NCBI GenBank assembly: GCA_030704615.1
Contig: CM060734.1
Span: forward strand, 62,558,001-62,622,000
Reading direction: 5' to 3'
Length of the DNA stretch: 64,000 bases
Source: Takakia lepidozioides
Lineage: Eukaryota > Plantae > Bryophyta
In this document: piece after piece, positions 1 through 10,244 of the stretch
How the letters are laid out: each line of letters begins with the position of its first letter
How positions within the stretch are numbered: position 1 is the first letter of the stretch
Made by a program: the position numbers and the translations under genes
The notes under the pieces: model-generated
What the model was told of the DNA's origin: nothing
What the model saw: only the letters and a program-made list of their open reading frames with translations
Databases searched by the model: none

Positions 1-2
1 AA

Positions 3-155
3 CAACTTGCAAATCACGGTTGCGAGACTTGTGGGAGTATTCCACTTTTCTATCCAAAAGACAACAATCTTGCAAAGGGTATGCTGACCGTCAACTTGGT
101 CATAAACTCCTACCCTGCTAATTCTTATGCAGGTTCCGGCGTAGGCCTATGCTAG
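3..155 (+). CDS. 3' end of a KP4-like (killer toxin KP4 family) gene, truncated by the window edge
   Basis: Frame from nt 3 reads QLANHGCETCGSIPLFYPKDNNLAKGMLTVNLVINSYPANSYAGSGVGLC*. It is collinear with the C-terminus of 6237..6716 and shows the KP4 HGCxxCGSxP...GxLTVN motif. Confidence 0.85.
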   Translation, partial: QLANHGCETCGSIPLFYPKDNNLAKGMLTVNLVINSYPANSYAGSGVGLC

Positions 156-300
156 TGAGCGGAAAGCAGACACTACAACATCCCATGGGATTTCCAACCA
201 TAGAGGTTTCAGGGTCATTTTCACTATTGACACATTTCACTATCATTTTCACCATATAGTTAAGAATTGCTGACAAGACATTAAACTCACTATATAAACT

Positions 301-470
301 TACATACTTGAGCAGGTAGCCCAGTGGTTGGGTGTTTGTGCCTTGCCTATGCATAACCTAGGTGATCCTTGTTCAATCCTTCAACATGTGCCTTCGGACC
401 GTCCATTGGGCCCTCGATGGCATGTGCGTTGGGTAGTAAGCTCTGTAAATTCACTCGACGTTAAAAAAAA
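301..470 (+). mobile_element. Short tRNA-derived SINE-like insertion
   Basis: A-box-like GGTAGCCCAGTGG and B-box-like GTTCAATCC, ending in GTTAAAAAAAA. Absent from the paralogous flank near 6850. Confidence 0.5.
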
Positions 471-734
471 CTTTATCTTTATCTTTATTTTTATGTAATA
501 GTTACGCTGGAAGTGATATTTATGATATTTCAATACCTAGTGGCTAATTGTAGTGGCAAATGTTTCAAAGCAATGTGTACAACAATTCAAATGTATATGA
601 ATATTTCGATATTTTCAACTGAAGACCATCTATGGCTTAAATAATACTTCAGCAATTCACACATTCAAAGTGACAATATATCAATCCTTGATACTACTTC
701 TGTGCCGAAAGTGGGAGATTGACTGTGTTGAGAC

Positions 735-1598
735 CAGTGTTGGGCGGTTCTTGCATTTATGAAGGAACCTTTGGTGCTGGTTCCACAATTATTTCAAGAG
801 ATGGTTCCGGATCCAGTTCCGGTTTTTTTTTATTGAGCCAGTTCCGGTCCGGTTCCGGATCCAACTTTTAAACATGGGGGCAGTTCCGGTTACCGGTTAG
901 TTGTTGATAAAAACCACGGTTCCCGGTTAGGTTCCGGTTCTTTTATATATATATATTAATTTAATTAAATTTAAAATATTTTATCAGTCCGGGAGTTTAA
1001 ATAGCAATGTATTCACATATTTCAACTAAAATCCAACGATTTTATTAGTTTTCACTAAGACAAAAAAACAAACAAACAAAAATACTCTAAATGAACTGGG
1101 AGAAGAAAATGGGTAACATTTTATGGGTTGAAATTACTATTCAGCTCTCTGGCAAGTATTGGCATCTTCTAACATTTTCATTAATGAACTTAGCCGGGAC
1201 ATCATGGAGCTGGAGATTGAACCCAAGATCTCATGGCGTTAATAGAATGTCATGGCCTTCAAGCATTGAACCCAAGATCTCATGGAGCTTGAGAGAATTA
1301 AAGAATTTTGCCATGGGCCCACCAGTTCTCTAGGGTTATGCCATGTTATACCAAGGCCCACCAAGGGTTCAAGAACTTGAACCTGTTTTTATCCCCATGC
1401 GCCTCGGCCCCGGTCTCCGCTTCTCACACCCAGCAGGAACCGCCGGTTCGGTTCTGTGCTGATCCCCATTGGCAGGTTCCGGTTCCGGATCAAGTTCTGC
1501 AGGAATGGATCCGGTTCCGGTTAAACCGGCGGTTAACCTGGGTCCTGGCGAGTAACCGCCGGTTAACCTGGGTCCCGGCGAGTAACCGCCCAACACTC
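735..1598. mobile_element. Non-autonomous hAT-type element (MITE)
   Basis: TIRs CAGTGTTGGGCGGTT / AACCGCCCAACACTC. 8-bp TSD GTTGAGAC at 727-734 and 1599-1606. Many CCGGTT subterminal repeats. The empty site (GCTGAGAC) is seen in the paralog near 7768. Confidence 0.9.
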
Positions 1599-1814
1599 GT
1601 TGAGACTCAGATTTCCTAACATATGAAAGGGTTTAGGCAACACTAGAGAGAGTGGATGCACCAAAAGATGATGATGGCTGCCAATGTTAGTGGCCGAGTG
1701 CAGCACATCAAGAGGCATTGCAAGGAGCATTGGATAACCGAGTTGAAGGTCAGAATTTCATTTTTTTAATATTAGCCGGTTAGGGATGTTTAATTTTAAC
1801 TTTGTGTTCACATC

Positions 1815-3253
1815 CTCCGGTTCCGGGGTTTTGGAGCTTTTCCGTTTCTGATATCATGCCAGTTGGCAACAAATACAAAATTTCACCCTATGCGGTTATG
1901 GACAAATGGAGTTTTGTCACGATGGCCTCCGACGGTTCAGTATCCGGTTATCAAATAAATCTAATTTTATTTTAATAACATAAAATAACCCAAACTAAAA
2001 ATCTAATGTATTAAAAATATTAATGAAAAAAGGCATGCCCTTCTGAAACATACCCCTCTAAACCTGATGAGTAGACATGAAATCAAGACAGGCCAGCTCA
2101 TGACTAGGGCCCGCCTCCTTTATGTCAAGTGAACCAATAATTGGCTATTATCGGGATTATAACCTCCGGTTTTCAATGCTGAATATATGGGTTCATATTC
2201 TGCTTCTTTTGGCCACTAGTTCTGTTTAAAATCAAATTAAAAAAAATACAAAATCACCGGTTCTCAACCAGATCCGGTTATCCCATCTTTTCAGATCCGG
2301 CGGTTCTTAACGGAGGCAGATATTTGATTTTTTGACCTCCGGCAGATCCAAATATATATATGCGGGTTGGGACCAGTGTTGTGTGGGTTCTGCCCTTTTA
2401 AGGAACCCGCCGGGTCCGGGTTCGGGTTTTTTTTTGGAGCCAAATCCGGGTCCGGATCCGTGTTTTTGAAATTTGGAAAATCCGGGTCCGGGTTCGGGTC
2501 CGGGTAGTTGTTGGGAAATATTAGCGGGTTCACAGGTTCGGATCCGGGTCCTAATTAATTGATTAAATAAATTAGAAAAATAATATAAATTAGGGATAAA
2601 ATTATTTTTGGCTGGAATTTTTTTTAAATCCTAATAATGAATTTTATTTTAAGAGACATTCCTTCAAATAATACCATGAATATGTATTGCTCATTTAACA
2701 CAAGAATTAAAGTTTGAGTTCCATTTTCTATTTTTCAATATCAATTCTTTAAACATGTTAAGAATAGTAATATGCCTCAAGGATAGATCACTATAGCATG
2801 GATGTGTGGGATCTGGCCTAATAATAATATAAGACGCCTCCTTTGGAAGGTGTAAATTATGGTCCCATAGGGCACAACTTTGTGACACCACGCCGTGGAT
2901 TTAACCCACAACCGCTTTTGAGGTGGTATGTGGCCATTACCACTGGGCTACAACGTGGTGGGGCTGGCTGCTACAGTGGCCTATTGCTGCTCGTCCCCTC
3001 TCCTACCAGATCTAAGGTGGATCCCGCATGCCCCATCTAAAATTAAGACCTGAACCTTGACCCCCAACATCGGCCCGGGCAGGTTTAACGGGTTCTGGAC
3101 CCAGCAGGCGGGTCCGGGTTTTTTGTGATAGCCCGGGTCCGGGTAACCCGGATCCTAACCTGCCGGGTACCTGCCTTCAAAACCCGGACCCGCATAACAT
3201 TGGTTGGGACCCGTTGGGGGTTTGAGGCTGAATCAAATATCCGCACAACACTG
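1815..3253. mobile_element. Remnant of an outer hAT-like element (only the right TIR is visible)
   Basis: CCGGTT/ATCCGG-rich sequence at 1815-2365 and a terminal CCGCACAACACTG at 3241-3253. Left TIR not found. Confidence 0.45.
2374..3202. mobile_element. Non-autonomous hAT-type element (MITE), nested in an older related element
   Basis: TIRs CAGTGTTGTGTGGGT / ACCCGCATAACATTG. 8-bp TSD GTTGGGAC at 2366-2373 and 3203-3210. CCGGGT subterminal repeats. Confidence 0.85.
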
Positions 3254-3460
3254 GAACAATTCCTCAATGATCATTCCAGAGTACAAAGCAGCTTTTCAAC
3301 TATCAGAATACATGATGTAAATATACATAAATTCTCCTAGATAGTGCAGGTTGATCATTTTTTTTTAAATAAAAAGTAAAGAGTCATCTTCTCTTCTTCT
3401 ATGAACTTACACATCTGCAGTGTCTCAAAAACATTTACTTCATGATGGAAGTTTGTGCAC

Positions 3461-3690
3461 ATCAGCTGGTAGCTTAGCTAGTAAGTGCACAGTTTGTCGC
3501 CCTGGTGGTTCGGGGTTCAAACCCGCTGCCCTGCCTGGTGTGTGGATTGTTTGTGACCGGCTGGTCTGGTGGTGACGTTTCCCACCTGTGTGCCTAATGG
3601 CTTATCTGAAAGGGGGTTAATTTTTCCCCCTCCTCAAGGGCCTGAATTGTGAGTAGTCGCTCCCAGGTTTCCTTTAAAAAAATATAAAAA
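3461..3690 (+). mobile_element. tRNA-derived SINE
   Basis: A box (GGTAGCTTAGCTAGTAAG), B box (GGTTCAAACCC), unique body and A-rich tail. A second, inverted copy lies at 45519-45733. Confidence 0.75.
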
Positions 3691-5792
3691 TATAAATAAA
3701 TGGTGGTATTCTCTTCTCCCTCTTTCCTGGGCGGTGTCTCACTTATATGCCTCCATTGCGTGGGTTTTATTTATTTTTGAATTAAATAAAGAAAGGGGGC
3801 AAAGGCCCAGTTACTCAAATTAAAGGGATACGAGGAAAAATAACCTTGACCAGCCTGAAAGAGGTTATATTTTCCTCTCACTATTAAGGGGCCTGATTTG
3901 TGAGCTGTTGCTCCCAGGTGTTTCCCTTTTCTTTTTTCTTTTTTAAAATGCAGATTAAAAGCTGTATCATGTTGTTCAATCAACCGGAGCCTTGCAGTTG
4001 AAAATTCGGTCACAGGGCGGTGTCTCCTTTGTTGGCGTCCATGGCACCACTGCAAGGTTACTTTTTCCTTGCACCTTTACTTTCATTAAAAATTAAAGTT
4101 AAAAAAAAAATCAAAGTGAGTGAAGAGTGACATGGACAAATGTTGTCAAGCATCCTGCCTTGCCATATTTGCAGGCAGTTGTTGCCAATGTGAGCTTCTT
4201 TCGTGTTTTCACTGGGAGGGCATTGAGGGCTGGATTTTAATGGCCAAACATAACCTAGTGAATGAATAATTCTTCAGTGCATATATGACGAACTTCTTTA
4301 GAGGATGACACCAATGCTGAGTAATTTTTTGTTCCCACGAGTGAACAAGAGTGAAGTATAGTTGAAGTCCAAAGGAAACAACATTAAGTTATTGTAGTGG
4401 CATCCGACATCCTACATAAAGGCTATTGGGCCAATGTTTCCTTTGGGTATGAAAGAAAGTAGACCCTAGCACTTCGATAATTCCCATCTGCTTACATGGC
4501 ATGATCTGCAAATCATCCTTTGAAACTGAGGCTGATGCTACTTGAATGCTTGGCATGGGTGCAGTAATTACCTCTTGCACAAAAGGTCATGTTGTGGCCT
4601 ATAATGGTGTTCTCTGAAGTTGTAGTGGTTTTGTCCAGTGGTGGTGTTTGTGCTAGTTGCATTGGAATTGGTGGCAGATATCCCTCGTGAATGTCTATCA
4701 CCAATTTTGCCAGTTGGATTTTGATCTGTTGCAACCCCAGGCGATTACACTTCTTTACCTCGAAGGGATGACCCTCGCTCAACCATGTTCGGGACAGGGC
4801 TACGTCTGCTGCATCCAGTCCTGCTTGAAGAGTTAGCTTCTCCAGCTGCTGCTTCCATTCTTGTTTATTACCCACGGCAATGTCTCTCTTGATATTTGTT
4901 GTGAATAATTTAGTGTCAGAGTCTGCCTCTATTGTATTAGCTTCTCATTGCTGCTGTCAACTAAGCATGAGTGTCGTTGACCTTGTTTGTGGTTGTGTTG
5001 AATTGCTGCTGGAGAGTTTGAATTTCGTTTTTCACTATCCGATGTCTGTTTCTCTCTGCATCCAAATCTGCCTAGACTGCCTGGGTTGCTTCTCTCTACC
5101 CCTCCCATTTGTGTTTCCAGTCAGCTCGATGGACCTCAGTTGTTGTACTGACGAAGAATAGCATTTTTCTCGTCCTCCAAGTTAGCAATTGTAACCTCAT
5201 GGTTGCATGTAGTTCGTGCTGCTGCTAGCTCTTGATGGTGTTTGGTTTTGATGTTCTCCAGGATCATGTGGAGTGGTTTCGGGGAGACACTACTGCCAAA
5301 AAAAAAATGCAACACCGGGGGGTCGCAACCTCAAAAAAATTAAATTTATTTATTTTAAATAAATTTTAAATAATAATAATAATAATAATAATAAACATGC
5401 GGTGCATCTATCCTCATCAAGGGCTTTCCAATAGTACCAAGAGTGCAAGGGGAGGCCCCGTGGTTTGGAAAATCTCTACGTAGCAGAAAAAACAAACAAA
5501 CTAGACGATAGTATCGAGAAATACAGATACATGTGTAGTATTTCTTTTTTTGTTATGGTTTCAAATATTGTTGGCATCTTTAAATCAACAAAAATAAGAT
5601 TTTTAGAAGGTTGTTGATCTATGCGGACATCAAAGTCCTCCACCGACAACTTTACTACCAACTACTACAACCTAATCTCAAGTATATATATGTCTCCGCT
5701 CAAAGGTTGCAACAGAATCTTTCAGACTCGCAACCAAACAACCACATGCGACCTCCTCGTAATACTTCTTCGTCTTACCATTGCATTTCATC

Positions 5793-6089
5793 ATGGCACT
5801 ACATTCATCAGTTGTGCTCACTGTTCTCATTCTTGTAGACTTGAGCATTCAAGGTGGTGTTGTGGCACTCGGCATCAATTGCCGCGGCAACTCAGATTAT
5901 AACAATGCGGGGAACCATAGAGCACTGCAATAGTTGGTGACCATCATCAATGATATCAACCCCAATCGCTTTTCCAATGATAAAAAAAAAATTACATGCG
6001 GCGCTTTCAAGGGACAATTCATTTGTGTCTTCTGCAAAAGGTCCGGCGGCACTCCCGACTACTCGATCAAGACCTTCATTCAACAACTT
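5793..6089 (+). pseudogene. KP4-like pseudogene (premature TAG, 3'-truncated)
   Basis: MALHSSVVLTVLILVDLSIQGGVVALGINCRGNSDYNNAGNHRALQ*LVTIINDINPNRFSNDKKKITCGAFKGQFICVFCKRSGGTPDYSIKTFIQQL. TAG at 5931-5933. It then runs into the upstream region of the next copy. Confidence 0.85.
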
Positions 6090-6131
6090 AACCAGCAACT
6101 TTACTACCAACTACTACGTCATGATCTCAAG

Positions 6132-6140
6132 TATATATAT
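6132..6140 (+). promoter_or_regulatory. Candidate TATA box of the intact KP4-like gene
   Basis: TATATATAT ~100 bp upstream of ATG 6237. The same motif sits at the equivalent position (~5683) upstream of the pseudogene copy. Confidence 0.5.
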
Positions 6141-6236
6141 GTTTCCGCTCGAAGGTTACAATAGGATACATGAGACTCGCAACCAAGCAAACTGACCTCT
6201 TTGTAATATTTCTTCGTCTTACCATTGTGTTTCATC

Positions 6237-6716
6237 ATGGCAATACATTCATCAGTTGTGCTCACCGTCCTCGTTCTCACAGCCTTGAGCATTCAAGGCG
6301 GTGTTGCGGCACTCGGCATCAACTGTCGCGGCAGCTTTTATTGCTGGAAAAGTTGGGGCTATGGACCAGTAGTGCAAAAGTTGGTGACTGTCATCAACGA
6401 TCATATCGACCCCAATCGCTTTTACAACAATAAAGAACAAATTGCTTGCGTTTATGGCGCTTGGGCCACTTTTGGACTTCAAAACTTTTGTGTCTTCTGC
6501 CAAAATTCAGGTGGCGCTCCCGGCTACTCGATCAAGACCTTGATTCAACAACTTTCAGATCACGGTTGCGAGACCTGTGGGAGTATTCCACTTTTCTATC
6601 CACAGGACAACAATATTGCAAATGGTATACTGACCGTCAACATGGTCGTAAACGCCTGCCCTGCTAGTTATTATGAAGGTTCCGGTGGTTTTGGTTCCGG
6701 CGTTGGCCTATGCTAG
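6237..6716 (+). CDS. Secreted KP4-like protein (killer toxin KP4 family), 159 aa, intronless
   Basis: Hydrophobic signal peptide, then LGINCRGS, identical to the start of mature Ustilago maydis virus KP4 (from memory). Also HGCETCGSIPL...GILTVN. Cys-rich, 9 Cys in the mature part. Confidence 0.92.
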   Translation: MAIHSSVVLTVLVLTALSIQGGVAALGINCRGSFYCWKSWGYGPVVQKLVTVINDHIDPNRFYNNKEQIACVYGAWATFGLQNFCVFCQNSGGAPGYSIKTLIQQLSDHGCETCGSIPLFYPQDNNIANGILTVNMVVNACPASYYEGSGGFGSGVGLC

Positions 6717-6904
6717 TGAGTAGAAAGCAAACACTACAACACCCCATGGGATTTCCAACCAACGAGGTTTCAGTGTCATTTTCACTATTGACACATTTCA
6801 CTATCATTTTCATTATATAGTTAAGAATTGCTGACAAGACACTAAACTCACTTTGTAATAGTTACGCTGGAAGTGATATTTATGATATTTCAGTTAATTG
6901 TAGA

Positions 6905-7438
6905 CCTCTCATTGAACAATATTAGCATCTTCAATGCCGCGCGTGTGGCTGCAGCGGGGCCCGCGTGTGGGTGAGAGGGCCCCTACCCGGACCCGGCCGG
7001 TCTGCTGCTGGGTCTGCCCGACAAGCTAGTCTGCTAGGGCCCACAATATGCAGATAAAGCATTAGTTATTTCAGAGGTCTGCAGAAAGCGGTGGGTAGTG
7101 TGGTGGTTAAGAGCAATGAACAATAAGCGCGAGGTTTGGTGTTCAAATTTTGTCAGGTTGTACTATGGCATTAATGTGTGTTATTAAATATATATTTCGT
7201 CTCGAAGGGTCTGCCAGTCCGCTCGAAGGTTGGAGTCAGTCTGCTGGATGGTGTGCCCAGTCCGCTCGTCGGTCTGCTGGAGGGTCTGCCAGTCCGCTCG
7301 AAGGTCCGTCGTGGTTGGAAAAATTTCAAGATCTAGCCGACCAAGTGAATAAGCGGTGTGCTTATGAACTCACCCTATGGGCCGTACTGGAGGGACCCAT
7401 AGGTGCATTGAAGATGCTAATATTAAAAAATTGAGAGG
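6905..7438. mobile_element. MITE with ~33-bp terminal inverted repeats
   Basis: CCTCTCATTGAACAATATTAGCATCTTCAATGC ... GCATTGAAGATGCTAATATTAAAAAATTGAGAGG, with internal GTCCGCTCGAAGG repeats. Absent from the paralogous flank (~550). TSD is unclear (TA-like). Confidence 0.8.
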
Positions 7439-8693
7439 CTAATGTGGCAAATAGTGAAACTTTATCTTTATCTTTATTTTTATGTAATAGTTACGCTAGA
7501 AGTGATATTTATGATATTTCAATAGCTAATTGTAGTGGCAAATGTTTCAAAGCAATGTCTACAACAATTCAAATGTATATGAATATTTGGATATTTTCAA
7601 CTGAAAGACCATCTATGGCTGAAATAATACTTAAGCAGTTCACACATTCAAAGTGACAATATATCAAGGAAGAAACCAATTTACTTTGGAAAAATCCATA
7701 GATTTTGGGTAGAAGGCCAAAATTTGCCTTGATACTGCTTCTATGCCGAAAGTGGGAGATCGACTTTGCTGAGACTCAGCTTTCCTAACGTATGAAAGGG
7801 TTTAGGCAACACTAGAGAGAGTGGATGCACCAAAAGATGATGATGGCTGGGACCACGGGATATAAGGTCCTTCAGTGCAACTGAATCCGTAGTCCCTGCT
7901 ACATAAAGGCAAGGCCAACAAATGCATGGTACATGTGAGCCCTACCCATCATCATCTCAGGCTAGGGTTCCTATTTTGTAAGTCTTTACAGTCCTCGCAA
8001 TTTCGAATCAATCTAACCCATAGAGAAAAAAAAAAACCATAGAGTTTGAGTCTATAGCCTTGAATCCGTCGAGTCAATGTTCCATACTCTATTTTCATGC
8101 AAAGATTAATTGTGCCACTGTTACCCACATGTCGCTCATTCTATCCAATGCCCATCATGTGTTGGTGTTAGTATCTCCTCTAACAGGCTACTACTGCCTA
8201 TACTTTTTTTCCTAAACTTGAGCAACAAACTCTACCAAGCAATTATATTTCATCCAACAGTTGCAATATATTTCATCCAATACCAAAATCTATATATTCC
8301 ATGTAGAAACAATCGTCCAGCAACATTGATCCAGTGAAAAGCTGGTACACTAACGCTTTGTTGCTAACATGGTTGAAGGACAGCAGCCATTACGCATCTA
8401 CGCCTTTACGATCCACACTTTCTGATCCCTCACGGGGAAATGGTGTTCGCAATCTGCCACGCACTGACGATCAGTTCAATGATCAGTTTCCAGCAGTCTC
8501 TGAGTTTGTCTCGCTGCTTTACACCTCACTGCACCGTACACCGCTGGGTCGATTTCGAGCTCTGGTCTGCATTGCGAGCTTTCATATGTCTTTCTTATAC
8601 AACTTGCGAACGGTGACCGTGACTGAGCGTTCTCCCATCACGCACCCTTCAACTAGAGCATAGCCTATCTGTTTGAGGATTTGCTTTGGTCCA

Positions 8694-8867
8694 ATGGCTC
8701 TACATTCTTCTCCCCATGTTCTCATGCAGCCGTGTCCGCCCGCTGGACACCATATTCCCGCCCTACTGACTGCTAAGCGGTTGATTGGGATGGGAGTTAC
8801 CGTTACCTACGTGAGTATAGACCAGCATATTACAGAACTACAGGAAAGCACTCTTGGGCAGGTTTGA
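8694..8867 (+). pseudogene. 5' fragment of a family-1 UDP-glycosyltransferase
   Basis: MALHSSPHVLMQPCPPAGHHIPALLTAKRLIGMGVTVTYVS matches the plant UGT N-terminal PHVL..P.P..GH..P.L.LAKRL...G..VT motif. It stops at a repeat-like block and no PSPG box is found downstream. Confidence 0.75.
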
Positions 8868-9662
8868 CCAAGCAAATTATCCATGATCCCAAATTTTCCT
8901 GGGAGAAAAAGTGCTATATTCCTGTGAAGTGCACAATCCCCAACCCTCACACCAAATTTCACCCCAATTTGCCAAAATGAAAGCGGGGGTGCTTTGTATG
9001 TGACTGGAATGGGGGTCCAAAAAGAGAATTTGAAAAGAAAATGGTATAGGTCCCATTGGGACCCCAAATTCTCCTTCATTTGGGAATTCCAACGGTCAGT
9101 CCCTCATAGGCCAAGAACTACACAAGCCTGCCAAAGAAATTTCCCAAAAATTCCCTAAATTGCATTTGGGATGTGGGATTTTGTGAAATTTCCGGCCTCC
9201 TTCAGGTCAGGCAATCTGTGGCCGGAATGTCGCCTGAATCCGACAACGTTTTCCGGGCCACGTCGAGGTTCCCCATTATTTGCCAGGGCCAGCTCATTCG
9301 AGCCGTCCCCTTGTTGCTTTTTGGGGAGGGCCTCACAAGCCCCCCACTCCAACCCCTGCATTGCCCCCCGTCGCAAAATCCCACCCGCGTGGCCGCTGCC
9401 ACCTGCCACGTCGACGGTCGACTGCCGCCCCCCCCCCATCCAAAATCCTGCAATTTCCAAACTTCAAAAAATTCCTGACGGCGGAGTTTTTATCTGTTGG
9501 GGGCGCCATAAAGGGGGCGCCATAAAGACCTGCGTGTGCAACTCCTTCCGCGCTACATTTTTCGTTCAAGCCGCTCGTTCATCGGACTTCATCCGTGCAT
9601 GCTACGGATGGATGAAAAATCAGGCCGACCCGATTCGGGTCGGCTCGTCGTTTAGGGGTTAA
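8860..9662 (-). mobile_element. Putative DNA-transposon terminal fragment
   Basis: GC-rich non-genic block interrupting the UGT. The minus strand begins TTAA|CCCCTAAACGAC, followed by a perfect 9-bp hairpin (GCCGACCCG-ATT-CGGGTCGGC on +). The second end was not found. Confidence 0.4.
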
Positions 9663-10244
9663 GGGTGACATAACAAAAATAACCTTTATCCAGGGTCGAC
9701 TGTAATACATGCCTAATGCCTGGAATTTACCTAGGTGAGGTGCCTAAATAATAAAAACGAATCTGCCTAATAATATTCCATTTTTATTAATTAACGGAAG
9801 TGCCTAATAAGCTAGGTAAGTATGGTAGTAGCTCCTTGCTTTGTAGCCTTATGGCCTTTGAGGTTATTTTTTCCTCATTTAATAATTTGATTAAAAGGGC
9901 CTCCGTCCCCCTTTCATTAAAGAGAAAAGAAGAAGTAGCTCCTATATGACCAGTCGTAGGCTTATGTCACCCTATGCCCCAGGTGCCCTTTGGGTATGAA
10001 TGAAAAAGACCAGCCTATAGAATCGTTCTACGCATCTATCCTATGCTGAACAGATTCCTCACATATCCTGCCCAGAACCCCGAGCTCAAGAACATTCTAG
10101 GAATCTTATCCGGGATATTGGAGTCTTGTCGGGGCATGGGGTTAGTAACAGGCCGGGTCATGGTTGTAGCGTGGTGGTGCCGAGCAGCGCTGCGTGGGTG
10201 ACGTACTTACCAAGGTGGTGGTGCGGAGAAGCTTTGCTGCTGCA

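Larger units (their letters stand above)
1..1680 (+). repeat. Segmental duplication unit (KP4 3' end + downstream flank), paralogous to ~6548..7849
   Basis: Blocks 1-290, 468-734 and 1599-1680 align with ~6548-6851, ~7458-7776 and ~7768-7849, once copy-specific insertions are removed. Confidence 0.9.

Noticed and set aside
1500-1598. 30-bp tandem units (TAACCGCCGGTTAACCTGGGTCC..GCGAG) as a CRISPR-like array
   Set aside because: No unique spacers and a eukaryotic context. They are subterminal repeats of the MITE.
2291-2533. Pro/Asp-rich ORF (PDPNPDPD...)
   Set aside because: Translation artefact of CCGGGT repeats within the MITE.
3461-3540. tRNA gene
   Set aside because: A/B boxes are present, but there is no convincing cloverleaf. 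It continues into a shared body and A-rich tail, so it is a SINE.
9155-9662. Several overlapping 78-163 aa ORFs on both strands
   Set aside because: GC-rich repeat sequence with no recognisable protein motifs.
9651-9665. Interstitial telomere repeat (TTTAGGG)
   Set aside because: Single unit only, not an array.
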